From Callorhinchus milii (taxonomy: Eukaryota), in contig NW_024704743.1 of NCBI RefSeq assembly GCF_018977255.1, positions 62,746,001 to 62,810,000 on the forward strand: a stretch of 64,000 nt of DNA. The letters run 5' to 3'. Every line of letters begins with the position of its first letter. Position 1 is the stretch's first letter. Of this stretch, positions 13,629 to 26,517 are shown one piece after another. The notes under the pieces are model-generated. The model was not told the DNA's origin and made no database searches. It saw only the letters and a program-made list of their open reading frames with translations. A program made the translations under genes and the position numbers.

Positions 13629-14649
13629 ATCATGGGGCTGCAGCAAATCTGCACTATAAACAGACCCACAATAAATTACAGTATCTTATAATGGGGGAGT
13701 ATTGTAACTTGCATGGAGGCTGTGAATCACGATCAGGTATGTATACAACTCATCACTTGTGTCTCTATTTATATGCAATAACATAAGTCAGAACCAAAGA
13801 TTGCAAGTAAAATGATTTTGGATGGGGCAAGAGGAAATAGAACACCACATCTTCTCGGCTTCCTTTAGCTACTGCTGCCCTTTTCCTTCAAGGCATATTT
13901 TTATTACTGAGAGCCTTGGGAGAGGATTGTCAAAATAATGTCCAGTCTGTTCTTGATTGCCCGTTAAAACAGTTGGAACTGTAAGTAGGATTACAATTAA
14001 CTGGAACATTTTGTAAGTATTGAAATACGTTTGCCTCATTTTTGATCATAAAAGCTATTCAGGTTTCCCAAAACTAAAGCCGACCACAACCAGCAGCAAG
14101 CAATTTGTTGGGATAATGTACATATATTTTTAAAAAATTCAGTGGGGATGGTAAAAAAAAAGTGGTACTTTAACATGTTAGTAGGATAAGGGTGTACACA
14201 CACAATATTCTTTGAGCCAAGTTCCTGATTGTCAATTGTATAGTCAGGGGTGGGATGGGGTGGGGAGTTATTGAACAATAATTATGTTTTTCACTGTAGG
14301 AAGAGATTGGGCAAGCAGAATACAATTTAAAAGCAGGATTGGTAGAAGACTAGGAGGAGAATTAACTGATTGTTCTCCTAAAGTATTACAAGAGACGTTT
14401 GGATGAAGAAGACTCATCTGATTTTGTCCTTCCAGAGTACAAATTCTACTCGATGTAGCTATTGTAAAGAAATACTTCCTGGTACCTGTCTTAAACTTAT
14501 CATTCACAACGATGAACCTGTGTCTCTGGTCATGTTATCTTGGCATAAAGAGGCATTGTTCTGGATTTCCTTTCTCCATCTGTTAAGCACCTCTACAAGG
14601 ACGTCTCGATGATTAGGCGAAACAGCATTTGTCTATCTAGCTTAACTGT

Positions 14650-15150
14650 TGGGTTGGTGGTGAGCAAGGTCTCCTTGGAGCTGAACAGGCTCCAAGGTGA
14701 CATGTTTAACAATGGAATGTTGGAATCGAGCCCTCTATGGCGCTCTTAGTAGTCCAATTCCTGAGCCAGGCAGGTCCATGGTATCCCAGGCAATGCTGAT
14801 GACAGCACAGCCAATCTGGCTCATCGGCAGGACATGGACGGGGTAGGGAATCCTTCCATTCATTTCCTGTTAACCCTGCAAGCCAACACGGTAATGGGTA
14901 GGGTGTTCTCAGTTGGACAAGCAGCATGAAAGCTTGCCAGACAGTGCTATCAATTTGCAGTTTTAGCTGGTTAGACTCCATCAGTATCCCCAACGAACAC
15001 TCTGGGGTCCCCAAGCCTTGGCTCTTGCCAACTTGCAGCAGAATTACGTAAGCGGGATGCATCCCTCCAAGGAAAGAGTGTGCATTTGATTCCAACAATC
15101 TATCTCTGAGATTTACATGTGTAGGTGGGATGCATGGAAATCTCAGAGTC
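14650..15150 (+). repeat. Unclassified repeat family U, uninterrupted copy
   Basis: Shares GGTCTCCTTGGAGCTGAAC, TGGCTCATCGGCAG, CCAAGCCTTGGCTCTTGCCAA and GATGCATCCCTCCA with the split copy at 4.5/5.7 kb. Confidence 0.72.
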
Positions 15151-18013
15151 TTAAGAATAGAATGTGTTTTTTTTTAAAAATGGCAGACAGCTATAAATTC
15201 CAAATCATAAATAATTCACACGGTTACAACAGACATTCTACGAGTGGTAAAAAACAAATATCCTGATCAGGTTCCGCTGGTGAATGGTTATTTATCTGCG
15301 ACTTATCTCTACTCTCCAACAACCACCACAGGAGTCAACTGAGAACTATCAAGACAACTAACAGTTAGGTCCCCGAGATATTGAGGTCAAGGTTCTGAGC
15401 ACAAACAAAAATCTGACTAGATTTATATACCCTACTTAAATTTTAAATTTGGATTTATTGAGGTTTGTCCAAGTTGCTGTGGTTTGCTCTTTTGAGGCAT
15501 TTTCACAGAAAACTGGAATTTTCAACTCGTGTTCCTAATCACTATCCAAGACTCCTGCTGGACAGACTCTTGCATCCCTAATCTGAGCCATGCTGCCTTG
15601 GGGTGGTATTGTGTTGAGACACAGCTTTTCCTACCATGAGGGAGACACACCTTGAAAAAAGGTCATACTTGGGCTTCTCTTGGGCACTCTATTGTTTGTA
15701 TATATTGAATGAGAAGAGAATTGAGCTTGGCTGTGGTGCCCCAGGATTAAATAACATTCCAACCCTCACCATCTAATCTCATATATTAAGAATATAATCG
15801 TAAAATCATTGAAATTTACAGTGCAGAAGGAGATCATTCAGCCCACGTAGTCTGTATCAGCTCTCAGAGCAATGAGTGAGATACTAAAGGGCTGCTATGT
15901 GTGCGTGGAACCATATCCCAGCAAGTCAGTGCCTCCAGGAGAGCAGGAAATAAAGAGACCGGCTTAAAGCCAGAATGAAAGCTCGTAGCCAAAATACATT
16001 TAATGGGTTAATGAATCTAGAAACGTAATGTAGTGCACACTAATCATACACTAAATTTACTCTTTGAATGGAATGAGTCAGAAGTTAATCCACATCATGG
16101 GAAGCAAAACTTAATTAAACGCTTTAGGGCAGTTTCTTTGAAAATGTCTAAATAAATAAGGGCCACATCTAGGTTATGCAACAAAATCCTGAAGGTGGCT
16201 CTGTTCCCTTCTAACAACATTTGCAAATACACACATACACACACAAGCGCACAGAGGCTTGCTCAGACACATACACAGACTTTTTCAAACCAAGACCAAG
16301 CCAGCTGCTGTGAAGTATGGTGGAAATAATGCTCTGTGATCCCTGGGCTGCTGTTATTTATGCATTTGCGTCACTAGAAAAGGAAGTATGGAACTAATTT
16401 CTCCAAAAAAACAGATACTTAAACAGCTTTGACAAACACCACCCCCTCTTTGTGACAACGCAATCACTCTTCATAAAATTACTTAAAAGATAAACAAACA
16501 TTGCAATTTTGCTTTTTACACCAAACAGAATTTTTAGTTTACTCAAATAAACTCCAAATTCATTCTTCTGAAGAGTATAATAACTAGATTCATTACATCT
16601 GAACAAGGTTCTCAAATGGGATATGAAAGTGGACCACAGATACTTGCACAAAATTGAAATACAACACAGGGCTACTTGCAAATTATCAATAAACCATTAT
16701 AATGCTGAGGCGCCATACACAAGCATCCCTAATCTCAGCTGTGCTGCCTTGGGGTGATATTGAGATGCAGCCTTTTCCTACATTGAGGGAGACCGAACTT
16801 GAAAGAAGGTCATACTTAGGCTTCTCTTGTCCACTTGAGTACTGTAATGTTTGAATAAGTAATCCTTACATGGTTTAAATTATTAGATACATTTGGCTTG
16901 TGTAGTCTTGCGTGATTTTTCAGAGACAAATATCTCTCAACTCTTAAGGACTGAGCTTTACCCTCTTGGTCATGACAAATTAGGGTCGGCTGCAAAGTTC
17001 CCTCATGGTTGATTAGTTCGCTGACATCCAATTTAGTCTTACAGATTAAGAAAGGCCACTTGGGCTTGGCACTGGACGGCCTGTATCTGTGGAACCTCAC
17101 CCCAGCATGAGAATACACTATCAAGAGAAAGCAGAAAAGAGTTTGAGACAACAGGCATACATTTTGCGATGCAAATGTTGACAGGCAAGCACAATTTAGC
17201 TCAAACATTTACTGAGTTAAGAAAAAAATATTGATAAGATGTTAGTAAACCTTACATGGCTATTACAGTCAAGTTCTGGAGAAAATTTGTTTTTGTTCAT
17301 TTTGTCCTCTCTCTAGAACTATGGTTCCACAAGTGCTTGCAACTTTCAAATACCTTACTCCAACGGCCATAAACCCTGGCAGAGTTATCTCTTCCCTAAT
17401 TCTGAAACAAAGACAAATAACACAATATTTGTGTTTCCAGCGACTTTTGTGTTTATACTAGATTTCCAGCATCTGCCTTACTTTGTCTTTTCTTTAGTTT
17501 AATTTGTTGAGGAAGAGAAAAGAGATTTGTGATAGTTCTCATGTTGTTAATGTCTCACTGTAGTTGGTGTCACCTTGCAAATCAATTGTTTTCATCAAAA
17601 TTGGCTCATTCATTTTGCATCAATACAATACAGCAACATCATAATATGGCAATTGTGATCCCATCCAGGGTTATAACGGTGTATAATTTCTGGTCAGTGC
17701 ATCCTGATTCACTGTGCATGTGGGCACAAAATCCCATGTGCAGCTAACTTCCTAAAAAATAACCAACTTCTGACTCATCAGGTTACTGTCATCGCTTGAG
17801 CAGTAAGTTCGATCACTGGCATCATGGAAGTTGGCTGAAGTTTTGCACGCAAGAAGATGGCTGGCATTTTGAAATGAAATGTCAAACTTTCTGCACATAT
17901 CTTAGATTTTCTGGTAAGTAAGTGTTGGGATCCATGACCCAATCATGCTATCACCAAACTTGATTTTAATGAGTTCCAATCTATTTCGTACATCAGCCCA
18001 ATAGCCAACTTAC

Positions 18014-18119
18014 CCACTATTAGCTTCTGCAATGCAGCTTTATCTCCATTGACCGCTGCAGCATGGATCTGGGATGCTAGAGTTGACCCATTAGGCAGCC
18101 AGTTCTCTGTGCTATTCAT
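18014..18119 (-). CDS. INVS: Inversin exon 2, coding part with start codon (whole exon 18014-18149)
   Basis: ATG at 18119 gives MNSTENWLPNGSTLASQIHAAAVNGDKAALQKLIV-G. 106 coding nt, donor G|gtaagt, acceptor tttacctag| at 18150; joins exon 3 in frame. Human: MNKSENLLFAGSSLASQVHAAAVNGDKGALQRLIVG. Confidence 0.96.
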
Positions 18120-19676
18120 ACTTCTGTCAGATCGAGTCAGGATTCCAGCCTAGGTAAATACCAATGAAACTTCAATCAATTAATATTGTAATCACAGAAA
18201 CAGCATGCACTTTTAAAGTAAAGTTCCTAAATTTAAACTCCAAAATCCCTAAAGATTGGTCTAGGATTAGGATTTTTTTCAAAAAAAGGACAAAATTGGA
18301 ACCACTGGGAACTTTGTATAGTCATGACAATTTATTGGAGCTATTCTACTGTTATTTCTTGGAACACAGAAATAATGAAAAGTAGTCTGGGGCATTAAGA
18401 GAATATTTCAGGAAGATGGTGCTATACAGCTAAAGATATGGACCTTTTTAAGGTGAGTATCGGTTCCAGTTAAGAACCACTGAAACTGAAAATGATGGGA
18501 CCATGTACAGGGAAACCTGATTGCAAGAGTGACAGAAGCCAAAAACATGAATTGATAAGAGAACAGGTCTTCTCAAGGCTGGGCTGGTTCCAATGTTACA
18601 TGCTTTGCAACAATATTGGAATTGAGTTGATCCTCTGTAATAACAGTATTCATAAGTACAATTATAGTGGTTCATATGAAAGGAAACAGTTGGGGAAAGG
18701 AAAATACCATAATGTTGGATCCAGCATGCTCATGTTGGTGTTCGTAAACAAAAGTGTTCAGTCAGTTTGTATTGGGTTATCCAGACTGAAGACAACTCAT
18801 ACAGAACAGTACATTATGAGAAAAACATAGCTTCAAAGCAAGCCTGGCTCCAAAGTGAAGTGCGTCAGAATTGGCAACATCTTTTGACCTTGGATACCCC
18901 CTCTGAAATCCAGTTCCTTATGTGCGCTACAATCTGAAGCACTTAGTTTTTCCAGGGTGACATACATCAAAGCAGATAGATTTTTAAATCAAAATGCATG
19001 AGTGACATAAAGACTGAATCGCATCTGTGATTATGTGTGAAATTGATTTTAAAATGTTATGTGTGTAATCATTATGATTACACTATACCCAAGGTTTCGT
19101 CCTACCGTTAATCAAACCTAGTTCTCTCGCTTTCCAGATGAGTGCTCTAACCACTGAGCTACAGGATTCCTTAGCTACAGGATGTTTTGAACAGATTGCC
19201 TGTCTATTTTCTCAATTCCACATTACAACTGGTTGGGATAAAAGAAGTGTATATCATATCCACTACCCTGATCTGGTACAATCACAACCCTGGTCACAAA
19301 AGTTGTGCTGCAATTCTCAGGAGCATTTTAAACTCTACAGGAACCAAAGAGTAAGCAGGCCTACCGGATTGACTGACTACCAGTGAGCATTGTGAGAAAA
19401 TTTGGTTCAACTTTCCATCTCTGCCAAGATTTATAATATAAATAATATTGTGCAAAGATTCTTACAACACATAATTGAGCACTCCAGTCAAACACTGAGA
19501 AGAGGTTGTAAACCATTTATGGGGTAAGCTTTCCATTTACCCAAATACAATGACTGAAGGACTATTTAGAAAACTATAATTTAAAATGCATTGGTGAATT
19601 ACCCTTCTTTTATCCCAAGAATGTGGGATATTTTAATGTGGAATTGAGAAAGTAGACAGGCAATCTGTTCAAAACA

Positions 19677-19945
19677 TCCTGTAGCTCAGTGGTTAGAGCA
19701 CTCGTCTGGAAAGCAAGAGACCTAGGTTCAATTAACGGCAGGCAAAACCTTGGGCAAAAAACACAATAATAAATTGGTCACTTCAATCCACGACTGTTTG
19801 TGGGACACTGCTGTGTGCAATTGGCTGCCACATTTTGCCCACAAATATGCAGTCAATTCACTTTACAGTATATTGTGTGAAGGGCTTTGAGACGTCTAGA
19901 AGACGTGTAAAGCGCTTCAAATGCAAGGATTATTATTATTATTTA
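19677..19945 (+). mobile_element. Young SINE with internal deletion
   Basis: Head, 3' body and tail present. Confidence 0.88.
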
Positions 19946-20442
19946 TTATTCTTATCTGGTAGACTGCTTGAGAATTTCTGCTGGAGCTTTGTTAGACTCA
20001 TCCTGAGAATTTCTCAACTTTTCATTTTTTTTTAAATAGCTGAGCGCTGTAAGCCTAGAGAAGGAAATCAGCACTAGGACCTAGCACATCCATTCTAGTT
20101 ACTGACAGGCTGTGATTGAAGTTTTGCAAATTTTCCCAGATGGTAAGGCTCAGCAGGATTCCCGGATACTGTAGAGTAGACGGAGCATTGTGCATTGAGA
20201 GAATAGTGGAAGACAAACGAGAAGTGGAACACAATTAGAATAAAGAGAAAATGAGAACAGCAGCAATAAAGATGCAACTGAAAAAAAGTTTGTTTTAAAA
20301 ATGTTTAATTAAAAATAATAGATTATGATTGCTTTCTATTAAAATGAATGCTGCATCCATTTCCATAGCTAGGTGCTAAAACATGACACACACGTTACTA
20401 AACCTTGGTTCCCTTCACAACCTGTAGCTCTGTTGCAAGTAT

Positions 20443-20865
20443 GTCAACCTGGCTCAGTTAGTAGAACCCTCACCTCTAAGTCAGAACCTTGGGACTTCGA
20501 GTTAAGTTCAGGCTAACTCTCTAATGAAGTACTGGAGAGATGTTGCATTACTGGGGGGTGTTGTGCTTTGAATGAGACATTAAACAGAGGTCTCACTTGG
20601 CTATTCAGATGAACATTAAAGATCCCATGGTACTCCTGTATGTATTCAAAAAGAGAAGGCAGATTCTGCTGGTGTCCTGGGAAACAATTCCCGAGATAAA
20701 ACTGATCATTCACTTCAGAGCATTTTGTGGGACATTGCTGTGTTCAAATTGGCTACCACATTCACCTACAAAATACAATTTACACTTCACAGTAAATCCT
20801 GTGAAGCGCTTTGAGACATCACATGAACTGAGAGGTGTTTTGTCAAATGCAAAGATATTTATTAT
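20443..20865 (+). mobile_element. Old Deu-domain SINE, near full length
   Basis: GTCAACCTGGCTCAGTTAGTAG head; TTAAAGATCCCATGG..CTGGTGTCCTGG Deu block; L2-type tail. Confidence 0.8.
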
Positions 20866-22433
20866 AAAATTAATGTGCGAAGAGTACAGTGGCAGGGGGA
20901 GGAGGGAAGAGCATAAGTCAAACACGGATAGATCAATAATGCAAGAGCAGTTGTATAGCATCACTGGCAGAAGCTGGGAAGCAAATCTCTGACCTACCTG
21001 TCAGTTTAAACAGGTACAAGGTGTTGAGAAATTGGGGGACAAAAAGAGTAGGAAACAGAAATAAAGTAAAAAAAAAGAAATAAAATAAGTAAAAAGTGAA
21101 GTTGACACAGTAAGATGGATAAAGAATGGTCGCCACGGTTGTTGCACTGTACCTCTTAAGAGAATTTAGTATCTTGAGATCTTTGAGAGCAAAGCTGACC
21201 TTTTAATTTTATTAGCTCATTTTCTAAGAACATAAATATACCAAAGTTGATCATTTTCAACCAGTTTTATATAGGTCTTCCTAAAAATGCTTACATTTGA
21301 TATAGCACTTTATCACATCATTGAAATGCTTCAAAGTGTTTCACAGAATTTACCGTAAAGTGGAGTGACTGTATTTGTAGGCAAAAATGAGTTTAAACAA
21401 AATATCAAAGTTCCTGTACAAGTTTTGCTCTTGACCCCTAATTTGCCCACAGTCTGAGGTAACTTTATAACCAGAACAATTAAACCCAACATAACCAAGC
21501 CAATAAACAATTAAAAAAAAATTCCCTGGCCCAAAGAATATCTGTGGAGACATGCTCTCTAACCCATTTATTATCTGCATTAACATTACTATTCAGTTTG
21601 AATGAATCTCATAAAAACAGTAACAAGTGCTAAAAAAAATCTGGGATTTCCTAAATTCTTTTTCCATGCCTATTTTCTGCTCCTGTAATTGCAATTTAAT
21701 TTCTGTGCAATTATTAGATGTTTTTCTTATTAATGCAATGGAATATATGAAAAACCTAGTAGGGAGTCCACATACTTTTGGTATTTTGTGAACTTTCGTC
21801 ATTTCTGATATGGCACTGAACTACCCCAACCAACGTCATAGCTCTACCACATCATTACCAGAGCATTCACATTTCAGCACAATTGCGTGACAGCAGCTCC
21901 TCAATTACTCAGCCTTCCTCCCACTGCCTTGAACCTTAACAAATGCTCTGGAATGCAGCAAGACTCCACAAGAAACGGTTGAGACACATCTGTGCCAAAA
22001 AAAAGTTTTAAAGGTAAACAGCGATTTCTACAACTGTACAGCAGAATTGTCATGTTGTTGGGTATAAAATACTCTACAAATTTTCTTTCAATTGTGAGCT
22101 TTATTTCAAACCCAGCAGTTATTCTCAGACAACAATCAAATCTACTCAAAGCAGGTTAAGAGATCCCCATCTACAGAAGCCTTGAGCCCAACTGAACCAA
22201 GTATAATATTAGAATCACTTACGCTCAGTCTTGACCAACTAACGATAGTTTAGAGTGTCAGAACAAACATTTCACAGGTAACCTTGCACTTCATCTTGAA
22301 GGCCAAATGTTTATGACAAACAGGAATGTCAGGACAACCAACCTTTTCTCTACTCAAAACGTTTAAAGAAACAGTGGATGCACAAGGATTTGACACCTTT
22401 CTGCTACTCTCCTCACAAACAGTTTTCAATATA

Positions 22434-23008
22434 CAGTGTAAGCCGGATACATCAGGGCTGGCTGTTATGTGCGTATTAAGCGGCATTCAAGGTTAACCGA
22501 AATACCATTACCTCTTCCTGCCAGCAGAGCCTCCTCCCTCCCAATGGACGGAAAAGTGACCAAATAGCGGCAGCTCCAAGGTGATTGACAGCTGAGCTGT
22601 GCGTGAATGGGTGGAGCCCAAACATTCACAAGTAGCTGCAGGCTGTCAATCAAACACAATTTTATTCCTCCCATCCCCTCTCTTGTTGTTCCCCATTCCT
22701 TCACCCACTCATTGATTGACATCCCAACTCCAGCGGCTGGCGTCCGCTGTCAATCAATCGCAATTTGACTCCTCCCATCTCCATCCTGGAGCCACTCGGC
22801 TGAATGGAGTCGCTCAAGACACAGAGTCCGCGAGTGAGTACACTCAGCAGTGACTAGCGCGGCATTTTGTCCGCATTAACCGGATTGTATTATGAATTAA
22901 CCAAATTTTTAAAACAGGTAAGAATACAAATGAATCGAGACCAGGCGCTTTGTCCAATTTACCCGACGTCCAAGGTTAACCGGCATCCAGTTAAAGCGGC
23001 TTCAACTG
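22434..23008. mobile_element. Non-autonomous Tc1/mariner (Tigger/pogo-like) DNA transposon
   Basis: TA|CAGTGTAAGCCG ... CGGCTTCAACTG|TA imperfect TIRs with TA on both sides; subterminal TTAACCG/TTAAGCGG repeats; elevated CpG. Confidence 0.7.
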
Positions 23009-23505
23009 TACGTAAAAGGAAGGTGAAATGTCAAATTCTCACATTGTGAAAACCACAAAATCTCTCATCCACTGATGAACCTTCCACTTGCATTTCATTG
23101 ATAAGATACTTCTCATGGTTTAGTGCTACAACAATGTGGAAATCCGTCTCCCACGTGTTCACTCTACATTTACGCTGCAGGAACTACAATCTGTTTCTGA
23201 ATGTACTCGGATTTGAAGTCCAATGCACTTCAAGGCAAAGTTCCTGGCAATTTTTCCATTTGGGACAAAAAACAAATTGGGAATATTATTTCTGTCTCTG
23301 TGGACCCTCATCCCCGCTGGATGGGAGGAGACTTGCTTCAGCTTTCAGTAGGTCTATCTATCCTCAACCCCACTGGTTAGAGCAGCACTGGAGGATACCT
23401 AGAAGAAGTTATCTCCATGCTCTCTTACCAGCTGCTTGGAAATGTGTAACAGCTTGGGCTGAGTTATCTCTGGTATTTTTCCTTTCTTTGGCCACCATTC
23501 TTTGG

Positions 23506-23892
23506 TGGAGTCCTGTAACTCAGTGTTTAGAGCACTCATCTCGCAAACGAGAGACCTGGGTTCGATTCCCAGCAGGGCGAAATGTTGGGAAAGTTTTCTT
23601 ACTCCACAGTCTCCGTTTACCTAGCAGTAAGTAGGAACCTGGTTGTTAGTTGATTAGTGGATCATTTTTACGGGGATAATAGTCCTTCCAAAAAAAAAAA
23701 CACACACAATAATAATTTGGTCACTCAACCCACTATTGTTTGTGGGACACTGCTGTGCATAAAATGGCTGCCACGTTTCGCCCACAAATATACAGTCAAT
23801 TCACTTTAAAGCATATTCTGTGAAGCGCTTTGAGATGTCGATAAGACGTGAAAAGTGCTATATCAAATGCAAGGAGTATTATTTACTATTAT
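23506..23892 (+). mobile_element. Young SINE, long form
   Basis: Complete head with GGTTCGATTCCC B box, body and tail. Confidence 0.92.
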
Positions 23893-24379
23893 AAGATGAC
23901 TGTCCAGTGCATTGTAGGGGGCACACTGCATTGCCATATGTGCTATCCTTTGGATGAGACACTAACTTATTCGTTGTCAACAATTTTTTTTAAAAATTCT
24001 TTAGATAAAGTATAAGAAACACTATTATCAATTTACAATATTTAAGACGTAATCCTTTCTGTTTTCCCGTTATTAATCAAGAGTATTCCATTACTTTGGT
24101 TAAAAGGGTGTTATAAAACACCAGCAATTTCCCATATTTAACTTGAAAATAAGTTAACTAAGTTGGAATTTGAAAACTAAGGTTTTATAACATAAACAAT
24201 GGCCCAAAATTAAATTGATCTAAATTTACTGTCCAAATCAGAAGCTTGCTTTGACTTTGATTTACAACAGATGCATAACATTCTTTTTTCCCATTCTTTG
24301 CACACTGTCATACGCCATTTACATAAAGGAAAATTATTGTAAGCCCTGGATTGCTCAGTAAGTGGAGTATGAGACCTTA

Positions 24380-24830
24380 ACAATACTTACATTTAGTGTA
24401 GTGTCTTTCCCATCTCAAAGGGAGGAAGTCTCAAAGCGCTTCACAGGATGACCTTAAAGTGTCATGACTGTCTGAGTGTGTTGACTTTGTGGGCGAATGT
24501 GGCAGCCAATTTGCACACAGCAAGGTTTCACAAATAAGGTTACCAAACAGAAAATTTAAATGAAATGAATGACCAATTTTATTTGGGCGATTGTTGGCCA
24601 TGACACCAGATATAACTCCCTTCTCTTTTCAAGTAGTCCCAAGGAAACTTTAACATCCAACTCAAGAAGCAAACAGGACCTCGGTTTATCGGGACGGCAC
24701 CTCTGACAATGCAGCACACTGCCAGCACTGCACTGGAAGGTCATCTTAAGACAACAGGAGCTCCAAGTCCACATGTGGAGCTTGAACCCACAACCTTCTA
24801 CCTCAGTGCTACCAACGGGACCATGCTGAC
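24380..24830 (-). mobile_element. Old Deu-domain SINE
   Basis: Reverse-complement match to the 20443 and 60528 copies. Confidence 0.75.
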
Positions 24831-25037
24831 CTCTCTCTCAAATAACCCACACAGACCCCAAGCATACTCACTCTGGGAAATCTAGTAATCATAAACTTAA
24901 TGAACAAATAGTCCCATCAATACCTTTTAAAACCTAAACAATAAAGAATATTAGGATTAAATTTAAATAGAGAAAAAAAAGGAAGAAACTCTAGTAATGA
25001 ATGTACAGTGGATACTCCCATTTTGGTCAATACATTT

Positions 25038-25400
25038 AATAATAATCCTTGCATTTGATATAGCGCCTCATCACATGGTTGAGGCGTCTTAAAGTGCTTC
25101 ACAGAATCTACTATAAAGTGAATTGACTATGTATTTTGTAGGTAGCCAATTGCGTACAGCAGTGTTCCACAAAGAATTATGGATTGGGTGACCAAATTAT
25201 AATTTTTTTTAAAAAAAGGGATTATTGCCTCTGGAAAGTGACCCACCAATCAACTAACAATCAGGTTCCTACTCACTGCTAGGTAAACAGAGGTGTGTGG
25301 AGAAAAGAAACTTGCCTTAGGTTTCGCCCTGCCTGGGAATCGAACCTGGGTCCTCTCGCTTGTGAGGCGAGTACGCTAACCAATACACTACAGGACTCCA
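25038..25400 (-). mobile_element. Young SINE, long form
   Basis: Full family match. Confidence 0.9.
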
Positions 25401-25758
25401 TTTCAGTTCTTCTGAAACTTTAAAAATAATCCCATTTTATGGGATCCTCCTCCCGTTCGTGCTTTATTTGTGCATAGAAACAGTGAAGAACACACGCATC
25501 CATAACATAAATATGGAACCCACAGACTTTGTTTTTAAATAAAAAATAGTTTCCTCTGAATGAAGGGATTTTCCTGAGGAGATCCCTCAACTGTATCAAT
25601 TTCACTCAGACAAGTTTTTCAAGATAACTGTATTGAGATTTTAAAAAATTGAGTGGCATGAGAAGATAACTTATGTTTTCCTTTAAATCAATTAGAGCTA
25701 CTAAATTGTAGGAACCAATTTATAAACTTCATGTGCTCACACTCTCTACCTCTGTGAA

Positions 25759-26097
25759 AATAATCCTTGCATTTGATATAGCACCTTATCACGTCTTTGA
25801 GACGCCTAAAAGCTCTTCACAGAATATACTGTAAAGTGAAATGACTGTATATTTTGTGGGCGACACGCAGCAGCCAATTGCGCACAGCAGTGTCTCACCT
25901 ACAGTTGTGGATTCAGTGACCAGTTTTGTTTTAAAGAAATTTATAACCCCCGGAAAAGCGATCCGCCAATTGACTAACTACTGGGTTCCTACTTACTGCT
26001 TAGGTAAATAAAGGTGTGTGGAGAAAGGAAACGTTCCCAACGTTTTGCCCTGCCAGGAATCAAACCCAAGTCTCTTGCTTGTGAGGCGAGTGCTCTA
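25759..26097 (-). mobile_element. Young SINE, long form, 5'-truncated
   Basis: Family match lacking the A-box end. Confidence 0.88.
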
Positions 26098-26205
26098 CCT
26101 CTCCAGGCTCAGGCTTCTCCTAGGTAACTCATTCCTAGAGTTTCTTCCCTTTTCTCTCTATTTAAAATAATCCTAATCTCTTCATTGTTTAGGTTTTAAA
26201 AGGTA

Positions 26206-26517
26206 ATAATAATCCTTTCATTTGATGTAGCGCTTTTCACGTCTTCTAGACATCTCAAAGCGCTTCACAGAATAGACTGTAAAGTGAATTGACTGTATAT
26301 TTGTGGGCAAAATGCGGCAGCCAATTGCACACAGCAGTGTCCCACAAACAGTCGTGGATTGAAGTGACCAATTTATTATTGTGGTTTTTTTTCTTGAGGG
26401 ATTATTATCAGGCGTGTGGAGTCAGGAAACTTGCCCAAGGTTTCACTCTACGGGATTTGAACCCAGGTCTCTCACTTGTATAGCAAGTGCTCTAACCACT
26501 GAGCTCCAGGACTCCAC
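26206..26517 (-). mobile_element. Young SINE, short form, TSD AGGTA
   Basis: AGGTA at 26201-26205 and 26518-26522. Confidence 0.92.

Noticed and set aside
16722..16835. Duplicated H/ACA snoRNA
   Set aside because: Two hairpins are present, but no conserved H box or terminal ACA on either strand.
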